From positions 605 to 64,604 of the forward strand of contig JAAZBV010000128.1 in the NCBI GenBank assembly GCA_012513605.1: DNA of 64,000 nucleotides, read 5' to 3'. Below are positions 16,700 through 25,175 of the stretch, piece by piece; the stretch's first letter is position 1; each line of letters starts with the position of its first letter. Made by a program: the position numbers and the translations under genes. The notes beneath the pieces are model-generated. The model was not told the DNA's origin. It saw only the letters and a program-made list of their open reading frames with translations, and searched no databases. Source of the DNA: Desulfatiglans sp. (GTDB lineage Bacteria; Desulfobacterota; DSM-4660; Desulfatiglandales; HGW-15).

Positions 16700-17917
16700 T
16701 TAGATTGTTCCTGTTTGTTTCCATACCCTTATGGCCTTGATATCTCCTGTCGGGCAATATGCCTCACAGGCCCCGCAGCCATTGCATTTTATTGGATTAA
16801 CAGCGGGATATGATTCATAAGCCTCTTCATCCCACGTGATTTTTATCGCCTCAAAGGGGCAGGCGCGTATGCAGGTATTGCAGTCGCTGATGCCCCAGAG
16901 GCAGAGGGACATGTCCACCCTTGCAATCCCGATTACATACCTGTTCTTCTGCTCCAGATTAAGGTGCTGTAAAGACCCGCTGGGGCATGCCTTTGTACAT
17001 GCATTGCAATTTTCATTGCAATATTCTTTGTTAAACCGGATTACCGGTGTGAAAAACCCCAGAACACCTGAGCCTCCAGTATCAGGATGTATGATCCTGG
17101 AGGGACAGGCACGGACGCAGTTGCCGCATCTTAAACAAAGGGCTGTGAATTCAGCCTCCTTAATTGCGCCCGGCGGACGCAGCAGGGAATTCATGGATTC
17201 TGCATGTCCCGCTTTTTTTGCCAGGAGGCCTAATCCCAATCCTGCTGCAATTGCGATAAATACCCTGCGCGTGGATGGAAGCAGCTCTTTATATCCATTT
17301 ATTACCTGTGGCTCTTTTACCGGCCTTTTTATAAATCTCCTGCAAAAAGAGGCTGCATCATCAAGAATATCCTGTGTTGCGCCTAAAGGGCATATGCGGG
17401 CACACCATAGATTACCCGAAGTCAGTGAAAGCAACAGTAAGATTACCATGCCTGAAATAGAAATAATAACAGCGGATAAAGCTGATGCCTTATAGACAGA
17501 AAATGCACTGTTTAATAATGCGAGCGGGTCCATCCACAAAAAAAGAGGGTATCCGACTATTGCGCCTGCAATGGTTAAAAGCACGATGTATCTGCCTATC
17601 GGGGGAGAGCCTTTCCACCAGGGTTTAACAATGGGCCTGATCCTTGAGACATTATCAAGTAACAGGCCGACAGGGCATACATAGCGGCAGAAAAACCTTT
17701 TTCGGAACAGGGCAATAAAAGAAAAAAGGAGGCCCAGAATTGATCCAAGCCATAATGCCCCTCCTGCCAGTATTGTACATATTGTTACAAAGGGGCTTGC
17801 CTGGACTAATATCCTTGAGCTGTGAACCCAGAATGGGAATGGCAATAACAGCAGTATTGTTATCACAAAACATCCCAGCCTTACATAAAGGCGCATATTT
17901 TGCCTTTCTCCAGTCAT
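16700..17917 (-). CDS. Membrane-bound polyferredoxin of the NapH/MauN/NosR type
   Basis: TM segments with two CX3CP motifs (FFCRYVCPVG, LWCARICPLG), followed by four CxxCxxCxxxCP-type clusters. The start may instead be ATG 17896 (MRLYVRLG), which has the better RBS. Confidence 0.8.
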   Translation of the reverse strand: MTGERQNMRLYVRLGCFVITILLLLPFPFWVHSSRILVQASPFVTICTILAGGALWLGSILGLLFSFIALFRKRFFCRYVCPVGLLLDNVSRIRPIVKPWWKGSPPIGRYIVLLTIAGAIVGYPLFLWMDPLALLNSAFSVYKASALSAVIISISGMVILLLLSLTSGNLWCARICPLGATQDILDDAASFCRRFIKRPVKEPQVINGYKELLPSTRRVFIAIAAGLGLGLLAKKAGHAESMNSLLRPPGAIKEAEFTALCLRCGNCVRACPSRIIHPDTGGSGVLGFFTPVIRFNKEYCNENCNACTKACPSGSLQHLNLEQKNRYVIGIARVDMSLCLWGISDCNTCIRACPFEAIKITWDEEAYESYPAVNPIKCNGCGACEAYCPTGDIKAIRVWKQTGTI

Positions 17918-17941
17918 TTATTAAAAACCTCCATTACCATA

Positions 17942-19195
17942 TTAACCTGCAATTCTAAGATAGATATAGTAAGCGGATATCAGGATCTGTATTATAATGG
18001 CTGCACCGCTCCACAACCTCATTACAGAACCTGGCTGATCAGAAGCAGGAACCTCTCCCCTGAACATGCTTCTGTGATTAAGCCATGCTATAAAAGGCCC
18101 CACAAGAAAGGCAATTACTGATGTCATGTCAATAAATGCTTCAAAGCTTTTCATCAGTGTGGCTATAACTGCCAGACTTACAATAACCAGGAACACCATC
18201 ACCCAGTCATAGAAACGCCTGCCCATAAATTTATTGCCTGACCCTGGCAGCATCTCAATAGCAAGCGCCTCTATCACACGGGGATATCCGTCCATCACCG
18301 TGATAAGGGTTGAAAACATGACAGTAATGGCTGCTATACCTATCGGGTAATAGGCCCAGTTCCCCACAAGTTCGGTAAAAAGCCTGATAACCTGATTGGC
18401 AAAACCAATGGAATTCTTTTCCGGGGTTATGCCGTTGCAATACATCACAACCATGCCCAGCAGAACAAAGCATACGGCCAGTAAAAAGGTAGTGATAAAA
18501 CCGATATTAAAATCCAGCTTTGCCTCAGAAACAGTAACCTCACGTCCAAAGTCCCTTGCCTTTGCGCGGGCCCATAAAGACTGAAGCACAGATGCATCCA
18601 TGGGGGTGGGCATATAACCTGCCATTGCAACCACATAGAGCATGGTGGCCCCGTCAAAGCTGACGCACCCAAGTGACATACCATGAAATCTCAGCTTGAA
18701 CAGGGCGCTTATTGTGGTTATTATGATCAGCAGTGTGAATACTGAAACTATCCCTTTAGTCAGCCTCTCCAGTATATGGTAACGCCCTGTTATCAGGATC
18801 ACGGCGCAAATTATAAGGAGGAGGCCGTTGTCAACCAGCATCCCGAATGACACCCCGAGCACAGCATTGATAAGCGCAGTGGTAACAAGCGTTATTGCCG
18901 CTGTAATAAATACCATGCTCAATAACTGGGAAAGCCCGAAAAGCCAGAGGGTCCACCTGCCAAAGCTGATATAGCTGTCCACAAGTGAACGGCCCGTTGC
19001 GGCAGCAAACTCGCTGCCGAAACGAATACCGGGATACTTGACCAGACAGAAAAAGAGGATAAAAGGGATCATTGCCAGACCATACACTGCACCTGAGCGT
19101 GTGGAGTAGACCAGGTGTGATACACCCACTGCTGCGGCAGTGTACAAAATACCCGGGCCAAGTATGGCCCATAGATTGTTGCCGGACTTTCTCAT
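17942..19195 (-). CDS. Nramp-related membrane transporter lacking the canonical metal-binding motifs
   Basis: 417-aa polytopic protein. The N-terminus LGPGILYTAAAVGVSHLV aligns with Nramp TM1, but DPGN is replaced, and the TM6 region reads GYMPTPMD rather than MPHN. Confidence 0.65.
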   Translation of the reverse strand: MRKSGNNLWAILGPGILYTAAAVGVSHLVYSTRSGAVYGLAMIPFILFFCLVKYPGIRFGSEFAAATGRSLVDSYISFGRWTLWLFGLSQLLSMVFITAAITLVTTALINAVLGVSFGMLVDNGLLLIICAVILITGRYHILERLTKGIVSVFTLLIIITTISALFKLRFHGMSLGCVSFDGATMLYVVAMAGYMPTPMDASVLQSLWARAKARDFGREVTVSEAKLDFNIGFITTFLLAVCFVLLGMVVMYCNGITPEKNSIGFANQVIRLFTELVGNWAYYPIGIAAITVMFSTLITVMDGYPRVIEALAIEMLPGSGNKFMGRRFYDWVMVFLVIVSLAVIATLMKSFEAFIDMTSVIAFLVGPFIAWLNHRSMFRGEVPASDQPGSVMRLWSGAAIIIQILISAYYIYLRIAG

Positions 19196-19211
19196 TCCAT
19201 ATTCCTCATGC

Positions 19212-20702
19212 CTATCCAGGAAGGATTACGCCCCTCTTTTTAAGGGTTGCCTGCAATGCCTTTATATCAATCTTTCTTAAGTCTGTATTGCCCGCTATTG
19301 CCTGTGCCGCTGCTACCCCTGCTGCCTCGCCAAGGGCAATACAATGGGGTATAAGGTTAAAATATTCATTTACAATCATCTCAGATGCAAATGCCCTGCA
19401 TGCAACCAGCATATTGTCCACCTTTGCCGGTATCATGCAGCGGTAGGGCATGTATGTTACCGGGTATTTTATAGAATCCTTGCCGCGATCCACATCAGGG
19501 AATACTGCAACAGTATCTGTGAAGGGGGTCTCTGTATTCATGTCCTTTTCACTCACTACATAATCTCCTGTAACGCGTCTTGCGCCGCGGGTGCCGAGCT
19601 GGGGGTTTGAGAGCACAATGAAGCTCTTCTCAAAACCGGGGATATGCTTCTTGAAATAATCGTGAGTTATCAGCATATCCTTACGGCCTTTAAACTCAAC
19701 ACGGGTAAGCTCATCCACATCCACCTGGCTTGTGTTTGCATAGCGCGGGAAACACCATACAACATGCTCCTGGTTTTTCAGGTTGCTTGTGAGGAATCCC
19801 CCGTGCCCTCCAGCCTTTCTGACCTCGCGCATGTGATCTGTCAACTCTTTAGTGTGTGACGCTTTGTAATCGTCATATTTTTTAAGGTCAACATTATCTA
19901 TCCAGTATGAAAATGAGAGGTTGGCAATCCTCATTGTGCGTTCTATATCCATCTTGAAATCGGCCCCTGCATATGGCAGAAGGTCACCATCGCCTGTGGC
20001 GTCTATTACAACCTTTGCAAGCACTGCCTGTCTTCCTGACTTGCTCTCAAAGATGACACCCCTGGCCCTGTTGCCCTCCATTATGGGCTCTGTTCCCCAT
20101 GCATGGAGGTATGTCTTTACCCCTGCCTCTTCAACCATATCCTGTAAAATGCATTTTGATATCTCGGCATCAATATGAGCCGAGTATATTACCCTCTGCT
20201 CACGTATATTAAAAAAGGAGCGGTTCTGGTAATATGCCACAAGCTTTTTATCATCCGAACCCCAGTGCTCTTTTTTCGGGTAATCAGCCGCCTCCCTGCG
20301 GTCGAGCCGGTCTATCCACTCCTGGGTAATGCCTGCTATCTGCTGTTTACCGCTGAAGTCGCTCAGGTTGGGGATAATGGTAACAAGACCACCTGTGCCC
20401 ATACCGCCAAGGTGCTCGTATCTTTCTATAAGGACAGTATCTGCGCCGCTCCTGGCCGCTGCTACGGCCGCGCCTATACCACCGGGGCCTCCGCCTACAA
20501 CCACAACATCGGCTGTTCGGCATACCTTTGTCTCACGGGCTGCCTCCTTGATTGTCTTTCCTGTAATCGCGGCCTGCTGGGCTGAACTGACTGATACAGG
20601 AAGCAGCATGCCTCCTGCCCCGGCAGCAATGGCTGCGCCTGTAATAGTAGTATTTTTGAAAAAATCACGCCGTGTTATGCCCTTTTCTTTTTGCAATTTC
20701 AT
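19212..20702 (-). CDS. Tat-exported FAD-dependent oxidoreductase (FAD_oxidored/PF12831-like), copy 1
   Basis: Start at MKLQKEKGITRRDFFK (GAGGAG RBS). Twin-arginine motif TRRDFFK. Dinucleotide fold VVVVGGGPGGIGAAVAAARSG. Confidence 0.8.
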   Translation of the reverse strand: MKLQKEKGITRRDFFKNTTITGAAIAAGAGGMLLPVSVSSAQQAAITGKTIKEAARETKVCRTADVVVVGGGPGGIGAAVAAARSGADTVLIERYEHLGGMGTGGLVTIIPNLSDFSGKQQIAGITQEWIDRLDRREAADYPKKEHWGSDDKKLVAYYQNRSFFNIREQRVIYSAHIDAEISKCILQDMVEEAGVKTYLHAWGTEPIMEGNRARGVIFESKSGRQAVLAKVVIDATGDGDLLPYAGADFKMDIERTMRIANLSFSYWIDNVDLKKYDDYKASHTKELTDHMREVRKAGGHGGFLTSNLKNQEHVVWCFPRYANTSQVDVDELTRVEFKGRKDMLITHDYFKKHIPGFEKSFIVLSNPQLGTRGARRVTGDYVVSEKDMNTETPFTDTVAVFPDVDRGKDSIKYPVTYMPYRCMIPAKVDNMLVACRAFASEMIVNEYFNLIPHCIALGEAAGVAAAQAIAGNTDLRKIDIKALQATLKKRGVILPG

Positions 20703-20782
20703 GATTAAAACTCCTCTATAAAAAAATAAATATCTTATTTCCATACCTTCATTCAAAACTGTTGTTTTTAGATTCTAGCGGT

Positions 20783-20885
20783 CTGCTATCAGCGTTCAGC
20801 AAAAGGCATTCAAAACAAAGAGTTGGCTGACATCTGATCGCTGACTGCTGAAAGCTCCATCCAGAATTTGTCTTTTTCTGGATGG
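20783..20885. repeat. Intergenic repeat: inverted partial plus full GGCTGACATCTGA...GCTGAAAGCT unit, and an adjacent hairpin
   Basis: ctgctatcagcgttcagc (20783-20800, inverted partial copy). ggctgacatctgatcgctgactgctgaaagct (20825-20856). ccatccaga...tctggatgg hairpin (20857-20885). Confidence 0.55.
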
Positions 20886-20892
20886 ATACCAG

Positions 20893-22368
20893 CTAACCTG
20901 GAAGTACCACCCCCTGTTTCTTTAACGTTGCCTGTAATGCCTTGATATCAACCTTTCTCACATCAATGCCAGAATTAATCGCCTGTGCCGCCGCTGCCCC
21001 TGCAGCCTCTCCAAGGCAGACACAATGGTGAATTAGATTGAATGCATCATTGATAACAGCGTCTGATGAAAAGGCCCTGCATGCAACAAGCATATTATCA
21101 ACATTGCGCGGTATCAGGCAGCGATAGGGCATATACATTAAGGGATTTTTATCATCCAGGTTGGGGAATATGGCAATGGTGTCATTAAATGGGGTTTTTG
21201 CATTCATATCCTCTTTTTTTACAACATAATCTCCAACAACCCGCCTGCCTCCTCTTGTACCGAGCTGCATATTTGTCAGAACTATGAAGCTCTTTTCAAA
21301 ACCTGGAATATGTTTTTTGTAAAAATCATGTGTTATGAGCATCTCTTTACGGCCTAAAAACTCTACCCGTGTAAGCTCCTCTACATCATACTGACATGTA
21401 TTTGCGTAGCGGGGAAAGCACCAGACAACATTCTCCTGGTTTTTCAGGTTGCTTGTAAGAAAACCGGCTTTCCCGCCGAGTTTTTTCAGCTCACCCAGTT
21501 TGGCAGAGAGTTCCTTTGCATTTGATTTTTTATATTCCTCATATTTTTTAAGATCAACATTATCTATCCAGTATGAAAAGGAGAGGTTTGCTATCCTCAT
21601 GGTGCGCTCGATATGGGTTTCAAACTCTGCACCGGCATAAGGCAGTAGGTCACCATCGCCTGTGGAGTCAATGACAACCTTTGCAAGCACCGCCTGCCTG
21701 CCTGACTTGCTCTCAAAGATTACCCCCCTGGCCCTGTTGCCCTCCATTATGGGCTCTGTCCCCCAGGAGTGGAGATAGGTCTTTATTTTAGCCTCTTCCA
21801 TCATGTCCTGAAACAGGCACTTTGATATCTCTGCATCGATGTGTGCGGAATAGCCGACCCTGTTACCTGTCGCATAAAAAAAGGAGCGGTTATTGTAATA
21901 TTCAACAAGCTTTTTATCGGTTGAACCCCAGTGCTCCTTCTTGGGGTAATCTGCCCCATCCCTTTTATCCAGCCTCTCTATCCATTCCTGGGTGATTCCT
22001 GCTATCACCTGTTTACCGGTAATATCGGTCATGGCCGGGATAATGGTAACAAGGCCCCCTGTCCCCATGCCGCCAAGGTGTTCATACCTTTCAATAAGAA
22101 CTGTATCAGCCCCGTTCCTTGCTGCTGACAAGGCCGCACCTATACCGCCTGGTCCTCCGCCAACAACCACAACATCCGCTGTGCGGCAAACCTTTGTCTC
22201 ACGGGCAGCCTCTTTGATCGTCTTACCTGTTATCGAGGCCTGCTGGGCTGAACTGGCTGATACAGGAAGCAGAATGCCTCCTGCCCCGGCAGCAATGGCT
22301 GCTCCTGTGATAGTAGTATTTTTGAAAAAATCACGTCGTGTTAAGCCGATACCTTTTGACGATTTCAT
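20893..22368 (-). CDS. Tat-exported FAD-dependent oxidoreductase, copy 2 (tandem paralog)
   Basis: 491 aa. LTRRDFFKNTTITGAAIAAGAGG Tat signal. GxGxxG motif. Collinear with copy 1 along its whole length. Confidence 0.8.
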   Translation of the reverse strand: MKSSKGIGLTRRDFFKNTTITGAAIAAGAGGILLPVSASSAQQASITGKTIKEAARETKVCRTADVVVVGGGPGGIGAALSAARNGADTVLIERYEHLGGMGTGGLVTIIPAMTDITGKQVIAGITQEWIERLDKRDGADYPKKEHWGSTDKKLVEYYNNRSFFYATGNRVGYSAHIDAEISKCLFQDMMEEAKIKTYLHSWGTEPIMEGNRARGVIFESKSGRQAVLAKVVIDSTGDGDLLPYAGAEFETHIERTMRIANLSFSYWIDNVDLKKYEEYKKSNAKELSAKLGELKKLGGKAGFLTSNLKNQENVVWCFPRYANTCQYDVEELTRVEFLGRKEMLITHDFYKKHIPGFEKSFIVLTNMQLGTRGGRRVVGDYVVKKEDMNAKTPFNDTIAIFPNLDDKNPLMYMPYRCLIPRNVDNMLVACRAFSSDAVINDAFNLIHHCVCLGEAAGAAAAQAINSGIDVRKVDIKALQATLKKQGVVLPG

Positions 22369-22399
22369 GGTTTTTTCTCCTCTATGTAAATGATATTTT

Positions 22400-24025
22400 T
22401 TATTTACTCTTTTCCCTCAACCCTGAAAAATATGTATCAATTACCTTCAATCTCTCCATATTAGGAACATGCCTTGCCCCTGGAGTTGCATCAAATACCA
22501 TTACCTTTTGATCAGTCTCTGTAAAAGCAGGCCATTCAGGCAGACCCTGGCCGTTAGGATTACCGGTTTTTGCAAAGTTAGCCCAGTAGCTGCTTATCAT
22601 GTCAGAGAGTTCCAGATCATCTTCAGGTGTTGTTTCTACTCCACCCAATGTCTGGAATGCATATGGTACGTCGCTTCCATGCCCTGATCCTGTATCAGGT
22701 GGACCGGGGTTGTAGTCAAAATAATACTGGTAGGCACTGTTTTTACCCTTCTGTGTCTGAAGGCGTGACCATGCCCAGGTATTCCATGAGAAGGAGCTGT
22801 CGTTCCTGATATCCCTTGATGCCCTTGTTGCCTCAGCATCTGTTGCGTGGGGGTATGCGCTTAATATCAATTCTGCCTGCGGGCCATACTGCTCCTTGAT
22901 CTGCTTCTCAAAATCTGCCTTGGTTAATTCCTGGTTTCCGCCGAATGAGCCCATTTCATTGGATGTGTGCCCCAGTAATACCGGTGTGTCATTAAAGTTA
23001 CCTGCCATGTACAGTGAGTAAAGGTCATTCGATATGACATAACCGTCTGCCACCGGCCTGAACCTCATACCACCCATCCCGCCTGAAAGTTTATTCTGTA
23101 TATCATCTGCGCTTAATGCACGGGCCGCTTTAATGTCTGCTGCACCCAGCTCCTTTAAAAACTGTTCGCCGTTTGATTCTGCAAGTTTAAGTGCAGGCAG
23201 CCCCAGGCCAATACCTGCCTGATTCTCTGTCATAAGGGGCGTAAATGACCCCCCGCTCATGCAGATGGCCCTGTGAAAAAGTCCCTTTGTAAGGGGGGTG
23301 GCTGCGAGCAGGCTTATGGCTGCGCCTCCGGCAGAATGGCCGAATATGGTTACATTCCCCGGGTCTCCACCGAAATTTGCAATATTATCCTTTACCCATT
23401 TTAATCCTTCAACCATGTCAAGCATCCCATAGCTGCCTGACCCATTACCGCTCTCTATGCTTAATTCGGGGTGTGCAAGAAAACCGAATGGCCCCAGCCT
23501 GTAGGCGACACTCACCATTACAACCCCCTTTCTGGCAAAACCCATTCCATCATACATGGGTGTGCTTGTAGAGCCACCGCTGTAACCGCCGCCATGCACC
23601 CAGTAGATAACCGGCAGTTTTTCATCTGTTTTTTTTGCCGGGGTCCACACGTTAATGTAAAGGCAGTCTTCGCTGACAGGTGAGGTATTACCCATGGCGT
23701 TTGCCGTCTGCATACATGCGTCGCAGAAGACATCGGTTTTTTTTATGCCGCTCCATGGCCGCACAGGTGCAGGGGCCTTCCAGCGCAAATCTCCTATAGG
23801 CGGCGCGGCAAAGGGGATACCTTTATAGGTCAATATCCCATCCTCTTCTATCCCTTCAATTGTTCCACCTGTTACCTCAACCTTTGTTGTTACAGGAGGC
23901 GCCTCCTTTATCTCTGGCGCACTGCTTTTCTTAACCTGATTTTTATCAGGTGTTGAATCGCATGCAAAGGTTATGAAAAACATAAACAGAATGATTGTCA
24001 GCCAGATTGAGTATTTAATTTTCAT
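22400..24025 (-). CDS. Type-B carboxylesterase (secreted, possibly a lipoprotein)
   Basis: 541 aa. EDCLYINVWTP signature and GHSAGG nucleophile elbow. N-terminal hydrophobic signal ending FITFAC. Confidence 0.85.
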   Translation of the reverse strand: MKIKYSIWLTIILFMFFITFACDSTPDKNQVKKSSAPEIKEAPPVTTKVEVTGGTIEGIEEDGILTYKGIPFAAPPIGDLRWKAPAPVRPWSGIKKTDVFCDACMQTANAMGNTSPVSEDCLYINVWTPAKKTDEKLPVIYWVHGGGYSGGSTSTPMYDGMGFARKGVVMVSVAYRLGPFGFLAHPELSIESGNGSGSYGMLDMVEGLKWVKDNIANFGGDPGNVTIFGHSAGGAAISLLAATPLTKGLFHRAICMSGGSFTPLMTENQAGIGLGLPALKLAESNGEQFLKELGAADIKAARALSADDIQNKLSGGMGGMRFRPVADGYVISNDLYSLYMAGNFNDTPVLLGHTSNEMGSFGGNQELTKADFEKQIKEQYGPQAELILSAYPHATDAEATRASRDIRNDSSFSWNTWAWSRLQTQKGKNSAYQYYFDYNPGPPDTGSGHGSDVPYAFQTLGGVETTPEDDLELSDMISSYWANFAKTGNPNGQGLPEWPAFTETDQKVMVFDATPGARHVPNMERLKVIDTYFSGLREKSK

Positions 24026-24052
24026 GTTGAAACCTCCTTTAAAAAAACCGGT

Positions 24053-25141
24053 TTAAAAATTAATCAATCCTTTATTAAAGGTGCAATGCAGGTTTCTCTC
24101 CAGCATTGTTGGTATACATTTGTTGCAGGAGGTACATAAAGATCTCTTTGATGAACCTTCTCTGAACTTCTTTACAATATGCTGATCCATAATAAATGGC
24201 CTGCACATTGATATGGCATCCGCTATCCCATCATCTAATACCTTTTCCATATCAGAAAGGTTTCTCATTCCGCCGACCAGTATTAAGGGCTTAGATATGG
24301 CCTCTCTTGCCCCTTTACATTCCTCAGCATAATAGGGGTCCATCCTGTTCGGCCTGATATGGTTAAAGGGGGTCTCTTCGACACCCTCGCTCACCTCTAT
24401 TGCATCCATTCCTGCATCAATGAACATTTTTGCTGAATTTATCCCCTCTTGTGCGCTCTTGCCCTCAGGGTGGTATTCCTTTATCCCAAGCTTTATCAGT
24501 ATTGGAAAATCAGCCCCTGTAGCCTTTCGCAGCCCTTCAGTAATCTTTATTACAAACCTTGCCCTGTTTGAAGGTGACCCGCCCCATTTATCACTCCTCC
24601 TGTTTGTAACAGGAGAGAGAAATGCGCTTACAAGCCAGCCATGAGCAGCATGGATCTGCACACCGTCAAAGCCAGCCTCGGCTGCCCTTGCTCCCGCCTT
24701 TACGAATTCATCCACCTTTTGTTCAACTTCATCGGAGGATAATTCTCTCACCTTGAGATTGTTTGCAGGATTGACTGTCTCTGAGGGGCCAACCGTCTGG
24801 AATCCGCACAGGTCAGGGTTCCCGAACCAGCCTGCATGCATAAGCTGTGCGACTATCTTTCCGCCATTGGCATGGACAGTGTCTGTTATCTTCTTAAGGG
24901 AGGGGATCATTTCATCAGTATGGATCCCCAGTTGACCAGGGGCAGCCCAGCCGTCAAGGCCGGGGAAGAGCCCGCTTGAAACAATGAGCCCGACCTCACC
25001 CCTTGCAAGTTCCCTGTAAAAATTGAGCTGCGCCTCGGTTACAACCTGGTTTTCACCAAGGTTGTCTACTGTTGCTGACCGGACAAAACGATTCTTTATT
25101 ATCATCCTGTTTATCTGTAACGGTTTAAATATCTCTGACAT
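24053..25141 (-). CDS. NADH:flavin oxidoreductase, Old Yellow Enzyme family (TIM barrel only)
   Basis: 362 aa. FKPLQINRMIIKNRFVRSA, QLMHAGW, HAAHGWL motifs. Lacks the long Fe-S/FAD extension of 2-enoate reductases, but its tail contains CTSCNKC...HC. Confidence 0.85.
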   Translation of the reverse strand: MSEIFKPLQINRMIIKNRFVRSATVDNLGENQVVTEAQLNFYRELARGEVGLIVSSGLFPGLDGWAAPGQLGIHTDEMIPSLKKITDTVHANGGKIVAQLMHAGWFGNPDLCGFQTVGPSETVNPANNLKVRELSSDEVEQKVDEFVKAGARAAEAGFDGVQIHAAHGWLVSAFLSPVTNRRSDKWGGSPSNRARFVIKITEGLRKATGADFPILIKLGIKEYHPEGKSAQEGINSAKMFIDAGMDAIEVSEGVEETPFNHIRPNRMDPYYAEECKGAREAISKPLILVGGMRNLSDMEKVLDDGIADAISMCRPFIMDQHIVKKFREGSSKRSLCTSCNKCIPTMLERNLHCTFNKGLINF

Positions 25142-25175
25142 TTATCTGTTCCTTTCAGGTCTGACTCTGTAACCT

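Noticed and set aside
16700-17917. Considered the polyferredoxin as a GRE activase or a radical-SAM enzyme
   Set aside because: Its architecture (TM helices, two CX3CP motifs, four ferredoxin clusters) is NapH/NosR-like. It has no radical-SAM motif and is 9 kb from the GRE, in a different operon.
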